Shown here one piece after another: positions 28,341 through 42,274 of a stretch of 64,000 nt of DNA. The notes under the pieces were generated by a model. It saw only the letters and a list, made by a program, of their open reading frames with translations, was not told where the DNA came from and ran no database searches. The stretch's first letter is position 1. Every line of letters starts with the position of its first letter. The DNA is from Octopus sinensis (taxonomy: Eukaryota), in the NCBI RefSeq assembly GCF_006345805.1, contig NC_043004.1, forward strand, positions 82,398,001 to 82,462,000, given 5' to 3'. Made by a program: the position numbers and the translations under genes.

Positions 28341-28903
28341 AACTATATACGGGTATATACATCTGTGCTTATGTATGTGTGTGTGCGTGCTGATGAAGGA
28401 GGAAAAACTCCCGAAATATGGCATATAAACCTGTAGTAGTTTGTCTTCTGTAACTAAATAGTTGAATGATATAATCTTGCAAGAAGTGTTATAGAGTAAT
28501 CTCACTTCAATAAGTTTCTCGGAAGATTATATTCCATGAAAAGTAATTCTTAATTATTCCAGAAGCTTCGCGTTTCTCTTGGAAGTTTATAGAATGTCTA
28601 GCCTTCCATTAATAAAACGGCATGCTTGCCCTGCTCTTTGCTTCTTTGTCGATTAGACTCAGAGCCATTCACGTCGTGGCCATGTCTATCTATTTCTCTA
28701 TGCCACTTTACTAAAAACCACTATTTAGCTGTTATTTCTACATTTCTGATCTTTCTTGCATAGATTACTTCATTCAATTAGATCCTACATTTTGACTATA
28801 TTTCATCGACAATCAGTGAATGAAATATATTTTATGTAATAAATATATAATTACTAAATTTATTATTTTTCTCTGTATGAATTCTTCTAATAATATACAT
28901 GCA

Positions 28904-29342
28904 GCATTTCTGAGCGTATATATTCACACTACATAAATTGGTGACCCCGACGTGATCCGAACACGCAGCCTTCTGATCTGGAGTCATGTTTTTGTTCGTA
29001 AAGATGCTTTTAACAACCTTTAACAGCACCGTATTCAAGACCCTTTCGCGTACTTTCTTGTACAGATAAAGTTTTCACTTTAGACATTAAAGGTCGTAAA
29101 TACACTATTTCTATTGATAGACAAAAAAGTTCACATTGAAAAAAACTATTTCCAACACCACTACAGACAACACACACACAGCATTACAAACGCATTCTTT
29201 ACACATGACTTCACTAACTCGGACTACCAAAAGCGGTAGACATGTGCATTGGTCCAAAAATTTAACAAACATTTATTACATTTGAATTGTGATATAGTTC
29301 CTATAGCTTGACATTTTCTGAACAATATATATTCACACTACA
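28904..29342 (+). mobile_element. Internally deleted Ty3/Gypsy (CsRn1-like) LTR retrotransposon remnant
   Basis: Repeated putative LTR end TATATATTCACACTACA (ending 28933 and 29342); PBS TGGTGACCCCGACGTGAT (28939-28956); integrase C-terminus SHVFVRKDA / QPLTAPYSRPFRVLSCTDKVFTLDIKGRKYTISIDR and TKSGRHVHW (28982-29252). Confidence 0.75.
28939..28986 (-). pseudogene. 48-nt copy of the 3' part of mature tRNA-Trp(CCA), including the CCA end
   Basis: Minus strand TGACTCCAGATCAGAAGGCTGCGTGTTCGGATCACGTCGGGGTCACCA matches metazoan tRNA-Trp positions 29-76 as recalled, except G at invariant A58. Confidence 0.9.
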
Positions 29343-30019
29343 CGCCCATTACCCAAGTTTTATACAAGCGCAGGTGTGACTGTGTGGTAAGAAGCTTGCT
29401 TCCCAACCACATGGCTTCGGGTTCAGTCCCACAGCGTGGCACCTTGGGCATACATATCTAATGTCGACTTAATTTGAATAAGTCACTAAGTCAGCATCTC
29501 AAGCATACCGCTATGGATTTTGTTGTTAGATTTTTCTCCAAACATATACGATGAAAAATGTTGAAAACCAAAATAAACGGAAGCAAATTAAAAAGAAAAC
29601 GAAAATTCCAGTTGGGAGAACATAAACCAAATTATTTTATTCGAGCTAATAACCATTCCGGATTAGAACATACGTATCATCGCCGAATTTACTCGGCTGC
29701 ATTACTTTCATGTACAGAAAATAACTGCCATAAATCTTATCGCTTATTAAACTAAAAGCCACATGCTTTTTCCGGCATCCGGAAAAAATAAAACGACAAT
29801 CGAGTGGTAACGTTCGATTACAACCTAACTAACTTCAACTAATTAGATGATTAATCTAGCCTCTTAATATGTTATTTTGCCATAATTACTCATCCGTATT
29901 TAGTATTTATGCACCAGAGCTATTAGTATTATACATATATGCGTGCGTGAGTGGAAGTTTGTGGGGGTTTTTTTTTTTTGGAGCTGCGTTGCAGACTGTA
30001 TTTGTGTGACGCCAAAATG

Positions 30020-30100
30020 ACATATCTGTTTTTGTCTGGTTTTAAAAAGGCATCTGACACGGCATATCATGATTTATATAAAATCATAAAGATATCACCA
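30020..30100 (+). pseudogene. Degenerate non-LTR RT fragment
   Basis: YLFLSGFKKASDTAYHDL resembles the RT motif FLDFKKAFDTVxH. Confidence 0.4.
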
Positions 30101-30264
30101 GACTACAGGAAATTGAATAATATCAGTACGGACCTTCACATACTTGTCCAATTGGTTGGTTTCATGTAGGCTTTCATAGGGTCTTATCGGAGGACATGTG
30201 ACAGAGGTTCGAATCTGAACACAAAATCGAAAAACCATATATTTCCTGTCGTCAGTTGAGACTC

Positions 30265-31035
30265 TCTTTACTCTTTTACTCTTTTACTTGTTTCTGTCAT
30301 TTCACTGTGGCCATGCTGGAGCACCGCCTTTAGTCTAGCAAATCGACCCCAGGACTTATTCTTTGTAAGCCTAGCACTTATTCTATCGGTCTCTTCTGCC
30401 GAACCGCTAAGTTACGGGAACGTAAACACACCAGCATCGGTTGTCAAGCGAGGTTGGTGGGGGACAAACACAGATACACAAGCATATACACACATATACA
30501 TATATACAACGAGCTTCTTTCAGTTTCCGTCTACCAAATCCACTCACATGGCTTTGGTTGGCCCAAGTCTATAGTAGAAGACACTTGCCTAAGGTACCAC
30601 GCAGTGGGACTGAACCCGGAACCACTCCTACGCCTACACAATACTTGACTGGTATTTTATTTTATCGTTACCAGTCCCTGGAGGGATGAAAGATAAAGTT
30701 GACTTCGGTTGTATTTGAACTCCAACGATGGGGGATTATCTTTACCTTGTTATAGTTCAATTTGAACAGAAATGGATGAAGTTCAACAACAACAACTAGT
30801 TACATTTATTTTTACTTGTTACAGTCATTAGACTGCGGCCATGCTGCAGCACCACCTTGAAGCACTTTTAGTCGAATGGATCGACCTCAGTACTTATCTT
30901 TTAAAAATAAGCATGGTGCTTATTCTATCGGTCTCTTTTGCCGACCCGCTAAGTTACTAAAACGTAAACACACCAGCACAGGTTGTCAAGCGGTGAGTGG
31001 GGCTGACAAACACAGACACAAAGACATATACACAT

Positions 31036-31085
<50 letters not shown>

Positions 31086-31557
31086 ATACTAGCTTTTTGG
31101 TTAATATGTAGCTTTTAAGCAACTGACCCCCGAATGGAAAGATCTGCAAACAGATCTCTGACTTGTTTTGGAGAATTTGTTGCAATTGCTTCCTCCAGAG
31201 TCATACCTCAATGATGATCATATTCGTCGCTAAGAATCATGTAAAAGAAATCGCCGAAAACAATCGCAGTAATAAAAACATAGGAATCCAAAATTTCTGG
31301 ATTGCAGGTCCGGATTCGGCCCGGAATGATTTTAATTTACTCGCGGAGTCAGCCTGATTCCAAAATGGTATGATATGTTGGGCTACAGCCTTTAGGAGTA
31401 AAATTGAAAAGTTCGACACGCTAACATTCACATTTATTATATTAGATATGTTTAATTCTGGGGAAACTGTAGTTCAATTAAAGTGTATTATGTATATACA
31501 TATATATACATATACATATATATACATATATATACATATATATACATATATATACAT

Positions 31558-31598
<41 letters not shown>

Positions 31599-31760
31599 TA
31601 ACGGGCTTCTTTCAGTTTGTTTCCGCCTACTAAATCCACTCAGAAGGCTTTGGTCAGCCCGAGGCTATAGTAGATGACACTTGCCCAAGGTGCCATGCAG
31701 TGGGTTTCAATCCGAAACTACGTGATTGGGAGTAAGCTGCTTACCACGTAGCCCCGCCGG
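30265..31760 (-). mobile_element. SINE family B copies (30265-30640, 30810-31040, 31660-31760)
   Basis: Family B tail, body and head motifs. Confidence 0.8.
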
Positions 31761-32177
31761 TTTCCGTCTACCAAATTGAATCACACGGCATTGATCGACC
31801 CGGGGCTATAGCGTAAAAAAAAAGAATCATAAAAAACACACTTGCGTAAGGCGACGCGAAATCGAACTCGGCACCCTGAGATCACAAACAATGCCCCTTA
31901 ACCACAGAACCGAGCTTGAGCCTACGTCTATATATATATAAATTTTATTTTTACAACCTATATCAATGCCAAGAAATCTGAACGACTTAATAAAACCATC
32001 AGTTTACTTCGTTGACAGTAACGTATTTGTAGGAGGTTAACCTTCCATTGACGCAATATAGCTGCGCATGCGTGTACTTAATAACCGTAAAAGATATATT
32101 TAATTTGATGTCTAAAAAGTGATGTATAATATTTAATGGGTTGATCCTCATTATCTACCATCTTCGAAATATGTGGA

Positions 32178-32236
<59 letters not shown>

Positions 32237-32390
32237 ATAATAAAAACTACAGAAACGAAATAGTTGGATGTAATGGCAGTTGATGTTTCGTAGGATAGAT
32301 TTAGTACAGCATAGGAGAGTTTACGGTTTTAATTATGTTTATTTATTTCAGTTGAAAATGAAAAAATTGTAAGGAGTAGAAGAGTGAAAT

Positions 32391-32870
32391 GAAGGAAGGA
32401 AGGAAGGAAGGCAAGAGAGAAAGAAAGAAGGAAAGAACGAAGGCAAGAATGAAAGAAAGAAAGGAAGAGAGAAGGAAAGAAAGGAAGAAAGAAGGAAGGA
32501 AAGGGGGAAGAAAGAAAAAAAGAAAGAAAGAAGGAAAGAAAGAAGGAAAGAAAGAAGGAAAGAAAGAAGGAAAGAAGGCAACAAAGAATGAAAGAAAGAA
32601 AGGAACGAAGGAAAGAAAGAAAGAAGGAAAGAAAGAAAGAAAGAAAGAAGGAAAGAAAGAAAGATGGAAAGAAAGAAAGAAGAAAAGAAAGAAGGAAAGA
32701 AAAAAGAAAGAAAGAAAGAAGGAAAGAAAGAAATAAGGAAAGAAAGAACGAAAGAAAGAAAGAAGGAAAGAAAGAGAAAAGGAAAGAAAGAAAGAGGGAA
32801 AGAGGGAAAGAAGGAAAGAAAGGAAAGAAGAAAGAAGCGCAGGCAGAGAAAAAAGGAAGTAAAGAATAAA
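32391..32870 (+). repeat. ~480-bp polypurine (GAAA/GAAG)n tract
   Basis: Almost purely A/G on the plus strand; source of the K/E/R and F/L/S ORF artefacts. Confidence 0.95.
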
Positions 32871-33095
32871 GGTAAAGGTAGACTGGCTGATCCGGAAAGA
32901 GAAAATACAAGTTTGAGAGAAGGCCAGTAATTTTGTGGTAGGGGACAGGCTGATTACATCATTGGTACGAAGTTTATCGACCCTGATTGATGAACGGCAA
33001 GGTCGACCTCGGTGGAATTTGAACTCAGAACGTAACGAGAAACGAAATACCGCTGATGATTCTGCCACATCGCCGTCTTAATGACGAAGAAAATA

Positions 33096-33615
33096 CCGTA
33101 AATCTTCGAGTATAATCCGCATTGTTTTCCCAAAGTTTAAAGGTCAAAATCCCTAGTGCGTACTATATACGAGGTTAAAAATGAAAAATATTTTCTAAGC
33201 AATGTCCGAGTTTCTATTTGTTGTCTGGCAATGTTTATTCAGACGCATTTTGTGATGTCGGGCGCGAAAATACCTTAAGTTAAGCCTGAAAGCAATGAAG
33301 TCATAAAAGAATCATCCATAACTTGTAGCAAGCAACATTTATTAAAATAAAAGTATTCAGAACACAGAATAACATGTAACAAAAACAATTTGCAAACATA
33401 TTTACATTCCCATATAACAGTTAAGAATATCATCAATATTGTATTACGCATGCGCGGGAGTGTTTGGTCGACTAGGTGCTCCTGGCTTAATTACGCACGA
33501 TTCAACTTAGAGAAGGGTGCGTATATACACAAGGTTTAGGTTTTTCAGAAGTACAACCTCCTATAAATCTCCTGTGTATTATACTCAAGGGCGGACTACA
33601 CTCGAGGATTTACGG
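33096..33615. mobile_element. Tc1/mariner-superfamily (pogo/Tc2-like) MITE with TA duplication
   Basis: TIRs CCGTAAATCTTCGAGTATAATCCGC / GCGGACTACACTCGAGGATTTACGG (22 of 25 match); TA at 33094-33095 and 33616-33617. Confidence 0.85.
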
Positions 33616-33985
33616 TAATCCTTTCTACTAAAAGCACAAGGCCTGAAATTTTGGGGGAGGGAACTAATCGATCACATCGACCCCAGTGTATAACTGGTAC
33701 TTAATTTACCGACCCCGAAAAGATGAAAGGCAAAGTCGATCTCGGCAGAATAAGTCGGGAGAAAATAATGATAAATGAACGCACAGGCATATTTGTTTGA
33801 TTAAGCAAAAGATTACTACGCAGTATCTTCTTCTATAAACAACGCCAGAGCTACCAATACATTTGTGAGAGGATTTGATAGACAAAAGCAGCATGGAACC
33901 CTGTCGTGTATGCAAAGACGCATACGCACACACACACACACAAGCACACACACACCTATCTAATCTATCTACTCTCTATCTATCT

Positions 33986-34021
<36 letters not shown>

Positions 34022-34062
34022 GCTAGCTATCCACCCACCTATCTATCTATCTATATATCTAG

Positions 34063-34400
<338 letters not shown>

Positions 34401-34401
34401 A

Positions 34402-34474
<73 letters not shown>

Positions 34475-34475
34475 C

Positions 34476-34522
<47 letters not shown>

Positions 34523-34523
34523 C

Positions 34524-34566
<43 letters not shown>

Positions 34567-34615
34567 CTCTATCTATCTATCTATCTCTCTATCTATCTAT
34601 CTATCTATCTATCTC

Positions 34616-34646
<31 letters not shown>

Positions 34647-34647
<1 letters not shown>

Positions 34648-37600
34648 AAATGCCCAAAATATCTCACAAAGAAACTGTACTGGGATTTCTCGAGGACAAA
34701 CCAACGGAGGAGAAAGCAACAACTTTCGAGCAGTAAGTAACCCTCTGTATTCTAATTCATTAGAACTATGATCAAGATGGTTGTGTAAATGCGCGTGGCT
34801 TGGGGTCCCCTTGGAACAAGGTACCTCTTAAATGACATAAAGTCACATAAGTTAGAAATCATAGCCATAAGCGAGACCAGACTCCACAATCCGCGGCCCT
34901 AAAGACCATGTTTGGCGGACAGTTCAACATTTATTTTTCCCCCTGTCTGCCGAGAATGGGCGGTAGTGGCACCGCGGTACTTTTTCACAAGAGTCTGGAT
35001 CTCAATGTAAGGACAATATTCGTAGACCCGGAGGGTAGACTGGTCGTCCTGGATGTCGACGGCAGCAATGGGTGCGCTTTTCGGCTCGTATATCAGTTTA
35101 CGCACCGCCCTTAACAGGTCGGGCGGATTTCTTTCAACGTCTAGAAGTTTTCTTGGAACGTCTCGTCCTTACTCTTAGTGGGGGATTGGAATGCTACCTT
35201 GGACACGCATGTAGACTACGTGGGTAGAGATAGGAATAGACGGGGATGCAAATGCCTCAGAGACCTGCTCAGACGCTTTCAACTGTCTGACAGTTTCGAC
35301 TAGACCACCCGAATGCGCCAACGTGGACATGGAGCAACCGCATCGGGTCGTCGAGATCGTATCTAGATAGGATACTGTGTAGGACAGTAGATAGAGATAG
35401 CATAGGATGTCCACAATTCCACATAGTCAGCTACACGGATCACAAACTTGTGACATGTACGCTAGACTTAGGTAAGACACTTAGGCAGGGTCCCGGATAC
35501 TGGAAACTAAACGCGTCTTTCCCATCGAGACAAGTTTTCAGAGACCGGATTAGCACACTAGTAAAGAGGGCTTTGACGGGAGCCATCATCAACAACAAAT
35601 GGTGGTTTGCCCTCAAGAGAGCAGTAAAAGCAGAAGCGATTAGGTACAGCAAAGCACTAGCCATAGATAGAAATAGAGTAGAGGGTGAGCTAGTTAAGAA
35701 GCTAGAAGAGGCAATTAGAAGCGGCATCGCATCCGACGTTTTGGCGGCGAGGTTGGCCCTCGACCAACACTTCAACGCCAAACACGAAGGATGTGCTGTC
35801 AGAGCTAGGATGCGTGCTCTAAGGAACGAAGGTGTTGGAGCCGCGAGAGAGGCCCGGGTGGCAGAGGCGCAACAGGGCAACAAAGCCACCATTCGGTCAC
35901 TGGTAGATGAACAGGGGCGCGAATTGCTCGAGCCAAGTAAAATGTGTGAGGCCTTTCAGCAGCATTTTGCCCGACTGTTCGGAACGAGTGGAGGGCAAGA
36001 ACGTAGGGGACTTCAGTGCCTACCTACATAGCCTACCACGACTCTCGACAAGAAAGGCAGGGTGCTGCGAAGGTGCCATCACGGCGGCGGAAGTGCGGGA
36101 AGCGATGGCAGAATGCTCGAGGGACAAATCACCGGGTTTGGATGGTCTACCCTACGAGCTTTACACAATTGTATGCCAGACTTGTTTGGAGATCTCTTGG
36201 CGGCGGTGTACTGCAACTGGCAGCAAAACGGGAGCATTCCTGGTTTTGTGAGCCGAGGAGCCGTAACACTGCTGAAGAAAGATCTAAACAAGGGAAATGT
36301 AATAGATAACTTTAGGCCCATCACTCTGCTTAATGCAGACTTGAAAATTTTGGCCAAGGTGCTAGCCAAGAGGTTGGCGCTTGTCATCGAGAAACTGGTC
36401 GACAAGGCGCAAACATGCGCCGTGCCAGGCCGGACCATCCATGACAACCTCCATCTGATGCGCTACATCATAGACAGGTAGTTAACGAACCTGGCATGGG
36501 TGGGGCCCTGATCAACTGGATCAATCAAAAGCCTTTGATAGGGTAGACCATCGATACTTGGAGGCAGTCCTGAGAGCGGCTGGTTTCGGTCCCGTCTTCC
36601 CGGCTGGATAGCTGCCTTGTACAGAGGCATCCGTTCGGTAATTCGCGTAAATGGACATCTATCGAGACCTTTCGACATTGCACGTTCGGTCCGTCAGGGA
36701 TGCCCCCTCTCGGCGCTTCTATACGTATTGACTCTCTTGAGCCACTACTGCGGAAGCTGGCGACTCTAAGGGGCATCCCGCGAGATTGGGATGCGGGACG
36801 AGCGTGTCTGCATACGCGGACGACGTCACCGTCATAGTGTCTAGCCACGAGCACATCGAGCTGGTCGGCGAGACACTGAAAAACTACGAAGCGGACAGGA
36901 GCGAAAATCAACCGGAAAAGTCAGTGGGCTTGCGACTAGGCACCTGGAGAAGCAAGCCCATGCCGTCCACCAGCGCCTCCGTCGTGGGACGCTGGACCGA
37001 CGGCCCGGTTGAGTTGCTCGGGGTCTGGTTTGGTCCGGACCTCCAAGTGGAGAAGAACTGGAACGAGATAACGAGTAGGGTGGTCACTCTCGCCCGGCAA
37101 TGGGCCGAGAGGAAACTGTCCCTAAAAGGTCGAGCGGAGGTGGCGAACACGTACATCGCGTCCGTCATCTACTACCGCCTGACCGTCGTACCTTGTCCCG
37201 ACCCTACCATCACCAAACTACAACGCTCCTCTTTCGCTTCTTGTGGAAAGGATGCGTCCCGATGGTCAGGCGATCCATTTGCTGTCAACACCCGTTAAAA
37301 GGAGGGCTGGGCATGCCGTGGTTGATGATGCGCAGACACGCGCTGAGACTGCGACATCTCTGGCTCTATGTAGACGACGGTGAACAGGTGTGGTCGCCGT
37401 TTGTGAGGCACGCTTTCCCGCAGCTCGTCTCCATGACCGAACTGCAGTCGTGGATCAAAAAGAGGCCGAGGAAGGGCGAATGGCACCGCGAGTGTCGCGT
37501 TGCTCTCAAGCAACTCTGCCGTCCTGGGTCGACCTTAAGTGACTTCAACACAACCAAAGCATTCTATAGGGGTTTAGTGGAGGGGAGGTACGACGACGAG

Positions 37601-38583
37601 CTCGGGGCGAACCTGGACGTCGACGAGGAGTACCTGACCCGCCTGTTCGGACGACTTTCGGGCCAGGGCCCATGGACAACTTCCAGAGATCCCTGGCCTG
37701 GCAGTGCTACCGGAAAGCGCTACCCGTTCGGGATAAGCTCTACAGACACGGCTCGAGAAACACGGGGCCGACCTGCCGAGATGCGGTCAGAGCGACGAAA
37801 CCGTTCTGCACGCACTCGTTCAGTGTCCAACAATTTCCGACCTGTGGCTTATGTCGAACAACTGCTGTCACGTGTGGGACGAGTCGGTTTATCAGCTGAG
37901 TCTATCGTCAATATTGTCACGCCTCCTTCCTTCAAACGGGAAGAAGAGCTATTTTCATCATCCTTGTGGCTATGGCGAAAGAATGTATCTGGTGGTCGCG
38001 TCTGAAAGGATTGGAGACAAAACTTTCCTCTCTGGTCAATCTCTCATCAACTTCTTCAAGTACCACTTGAAAAGGAAAGTGAGAGTAGAGAGGCAAGTTT
38101 TGTCTAGCGAATGTTTTAAAAAAAGATGGGTGAATGTAGCAAGAATGGCACGTATGAATGACGAAGCCACCTTGAGCATAGTCCTATGAACCCAGAAATC
38201 GAAAACAGAGAGTTGCTTATTTGCAAAAAAAAAAAAAAAAAAAAAAAGAAATATAAAATGTGACTTCATTGACCGAGGTTACCGTGGTCTTTTCCGCAGG
38301 CTTTTCTTTCCACGGGTAAACCTCACCTGTCCTCCCCTTTACACTTCATATTGACATTTCTGTGATAACGATCCCTATTGATCATTTTTTTTTCCTCTCC
38401 CCCCTTTTTTTTTTTTTTTAACCCCCCTTATTTTTGTCCTCTTTCTCTCCTTTTACGATCCCTTTTGATCGAACCTCCCCCTTCCTTTTTTTTTTTTTTT
38501 TTTTTTTTAATACCTTCAAAAGAAAAGCTCTACCTTGTAATTTGTTCTATCTGTGTGCAGCCCTGTGTGGCTAATAAAGAAAA
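34647..38583 (+). mobile_element. L1/Tx1-like non-LTR retrotransposon, 5'-truncated, in (TATC)n
   Basis: Possible ORF1 tail ([29 protein letters not shown]-stop), then ORF2 from ATG 34768: APE (NARGLGSP, ISETRL, GDWNATLD, YLDRIL, YTDHKLV, PGYWKLN), RT (GLDGLPYELY, NFRPITLLNADLKILAK, DQSKAFDRVDH, RQGCPLS, YADD) and C-terminal CxxC...HxxxxC. The 3' UTR ends with AATAAA, followed by (TATC)n. Confidence 0.93.
34768..38189 (+). pseudogene. Tx1-like ORF2 (APE-RT-zinc knuckle), multiply frameshifted as assembled
   Basis: Collinear ORF-track pieces 34908-35114, 35450-36031, 36062-36481, 36786-37298, 37100-38005 and 37851-38189. Confidence 0.88.
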
Positions 38584-38609
38584 CTATCATCTATCTATCT
38601 ATCTATCTC

Positions 38610-38680
<71 letters not shown>

Positions 38681-38681
38681 C

Positions 38682-38714
<33 letters not shown>

Positions 38715-38999
38715 TGTTTTCCTGTCTCTCTGTCTATGAATATGTATATTTATTCACCTGCTCGGCTAACCAGTGGATGGTGTTATGTGAAAGCTAAAAT
38801 AATGTGAAGTGCACTGTGACCAGTGATTCATAACATCTGATAGTGTGGTTGATACCGTGATACCGTGATGTGTATGCATAGGTATGTATATGTGTGTTTG
38901 TGTGTGTCTATGTATGTATACGTATGTAAGTATGTATGTACTTTTAAAAATTCCCACAAAACTTAATTTTTGGACGTAATTTTAAACTTAGAAACCTCC

Positions 39000-39136
39000 T
39001 CATACTCCAGTGACAAGTCTTTGGTCGGCCCGAGGCTATAGTAAAAGACACTCCGCCAAGATGCCATGCAGTGGGACTGAACCCAGAAGTATGTGGTTCG
39101 TAACAGGCAGACATTATACATGTATATGTATGTATG

Positions 39137-39192
<56 letters not shown>

Positions 39193-39200
39193 ATATATAT

Positions 39201-39270
<70 letters not shown>

Positions 39271-39331
39271 GTATATATATATACACGCGCACACACACAC
39301 ATATACACGCAGACACAAACGCACATACGTA

Positions 39332-39362
<31 letters not shown>

Positions 39363-39562
39363 CAAACATATTTACGAGTGTGTGGACAACGAAAGAATGT
39401 AGCACTCAAAATATTGCTAAGTGTTACAAACATTATTTAATAACAATTTCATTCGGTTACATGCTACTTCAAGTTACCTGGGCTCCTGAAGTGAACCTAG
39501 CTCTTTAGTCTATGATAATCGAATAAAATAGATATTTATGTGTGTGTGTGCATATATATATA

Positions 39563-39621
<59 letters not shown>

Positions 39622-39860
39622 CACAGTTTCTCTCTCTTTCTCTCTCCCTCTCTCAATCTATCTATCTATCTATTTATCTATCGCACAGACACATACGCAC
39701 ATTACGCTTTACTCTTTCACTCTTTTACTTGTTTCAGTCATTTGACTGTGGCCATGCTGGAGCACTGCCTTTAGTCGAGCACATCGACTCCAGGATTTAT
39801 TTTTGGCAAGCCTAGTATTTATTCTATCGGTCTCTTTTGCTGAGCCGCTAAGTTACTAAC
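39000..39860 (-). mobile_element. SINE B fragments separated by (TA)n/(CA)n
   Basis: Head half at 39000-39110 and tail half at 39710-39860. Confidence 0.7.
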
Positions 39861-40293
39861 TACATTTAGTCATTGAGCTCAGACCATGCTGGAGTTTACA
39901 TTTTAAATCTTTTACAATGGATGTTAAAAACAGCCCAGAGAAGCGTTTTTAAACTGTAAACGTAAATAAACTAGGATTTGAAATATATAATGTAGCGAGA
40001 CGAATATCTCCAATCAAGTGAGAATACTTATAGATTTCTAGTGGTTTGTTTTCAAAGTGATACCTTATCCCCATAGCTCTTTAAGTCAATTGCTATATAA
40101 AAGGCCTTTTAACACCAACTTCATATCTAATAGATTTCATCTTTTCTTTATAACGAAAACACTTTATCGATAAATGAAGGAAATACAGAGATACGATACA
40201 TCCAGATATAGCGTTAGTACGTGTGCGAACCACAGTCAACGTTACAGACACTAATCCGTGTACGAATATATATATATATTATATATATATATA

Positions 40294-40329
<36 letters not shown>

Positions 40330-40404
40330 TATATATATATATGTATGTATGTATGTATATATGTATGTATATATATATATATATGTATATATATAATATA
40401 TATA

Positions 40405-40445
<41 letters not shown>

Positions 40446-40446
40446 C

Positions 40447-40493
<47 letters not shown>

Positions 40494-40756
40494 CATATAT
40501 ATAAGCATACATATATATATACACACAGATACACACAGATATATACATATGCATATATACAAACATATATTCATATGTATATATATATACATATATACAT
40601 ACATATATACTTACGTATATATATATGCATATATATACATATATATATATGCATATGTATATATATATATATATATTATATATATACATATACGCATATA
40701 TATATATATATACATATATGCAGATATATACATACTATATATACGTATATATATGC

Positions 40757-40787
<31 letters not shown>

Positions 40788-40828
40788 CAAGAATACATAC
40801 ATTCATACATACATACATACATACATCA

Positions 40829-40862
<34 letters not shown>

Positions 40863-41429
40863 CATATATTACCATATCACCAGAGACCTTGTATCCTTCT
40901 TCAAAGAAAACTTCGCCATACTCTTTCTGAAGCTTAGCTCCTCTCTTGCTTTTTCCATTATCAGCGATTCCTTATGAATTGTATATTTCCCTTATGCATT
41001 TTCTAACCGCTTTTTCTTTTATAATTTACTATTTTGTTCGTGTCAATATTCATTGCTACACTTGAAATCTATATGTCTCAATCACGCTTAATATGGCGGA
41101 TGGGAAATATCCCTGAGTAGCTTTCATAATACTTCTTATGTATAGGAACCTACTATCGGTAAGTTCTCATTTATATAACATCGTGATTAAAAATAACATT
41201 TTCGTATAACTGAAATTACACAAACAATTAATAAACAAAATTTTCCGCTATACGTATTAAAAATTCTAGAAGGAACAAGCCAGGAAGAAAGAAACGGTAA
41301 AAGACTAATGAAATATAGTCAACACTAGTCCAGTGTTTAGCCAATTATGGAAAGTAACAGGCGTATTTCAGTGTTATTAGTCCTCATAAGCGAAGCAAAT
41401 TTTACCCAGAATGACCAAGTGCAGACAGA

Positions 41430-41720
41430 AATAGTTTGAATGGTCGTCTTAGCAGCTGTATAGACCTTTGAAGAGCTTTGCGATCAACACCGATACATCG
41501 GAATCAGAAGTACAATACAAACCTGCCTGGCAAAGCTGCACCGTCAGAGATGTTACTTCGTGCGAACAGGATAGGATTGAGGGGTCACAAAAGAAACGTG
41601 AACTGCACAAAAAAGAGCCGACTATTTACCATCAGTCCTAACAGATTACCAGAACCCGACCATCAGAACACACATTGGACTGATCGTCTAAAGCGTGCCC
41701 CGTTTGCTTCTGCCATGCGA
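41430..41720 (+). pseudogene. Degenerate RTE-like LINE 3' end
   Basis: Translation LKSFAINTDTSE...WQSCT...EQDRIEGSQKKRELHKK followed by a decayed C2H2-like tail resembles RTE ORF C-termini. Confidence 0.4.
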
Positions 41721-41827
41721 TATCCTTTGCCATTGTCGATAGCGACGGACGAACTAATATAGGCCCTTAGGCCAATAAGTGCACTGGACCCTTTAATGTT
41801 TTTTACATGATAGTAAGCCACACTAAA

Positions 41828-42070
41828 CATAGATCAGAACCGAGCCCTTAGACACGTCAGACTCCTGAGCAAGTCAGTACATTGGACCCTGTGCTATATT
41901 GTAATGATACCAAGCCAACTATGTAGAGAGCAGAATCAAGCCCTTAGATTCGTGAGGACCCTAAGCAAATTAGAACACTGTGCCCTATGATATTTCTAAC
42001 GATATTAATCCATAGTATACATAGATCAGAACTGAGCCCTTAGAACGTGAGGCCCCTTGGCAAGTGCCTA
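41828..42070 (+). repeat. Degenerate ~96-bp tandem repeat (about 3 units)
   Basis: TAGA(T/G)..CAGAA...AGCCCTTAGA...GTGAG...GCAA recurs at ~41830, ~41924 and ~42022. Confidence 0.7.
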
Positions 42071-42274
42071 GTCATCCCATACCTTAAGACGGCTCAAAGT
42101 TTTTATGTGGGGGAAAGTATAACGGTGTTTACTTAATATGTTCTTCCTAGAACTCGGAATGCCAAAGACCCCGAACAAAACCATGTGACACATAATCCGA
42201 AGCTGTAAGAATTCTACAAATTATTTTTTAAGCCGAATGCTTATCCTAACGGTCTTTCATGATGAAGCGCTAGA

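Noticed and set aside
28385-28425. Active hammerhead at CTGATGAAGGAG...CTCCCGAAATATG
   Set aside because: Position 17 would be G and stem I does not pair in register; kept only as a degenerate member.
28939-28986. Functional tRNA-Trp gene
   Set aside because: The 5' 28 nt (acceptor 5' strand, D arm) are absent, CCA is encoded, and position 58 is G.
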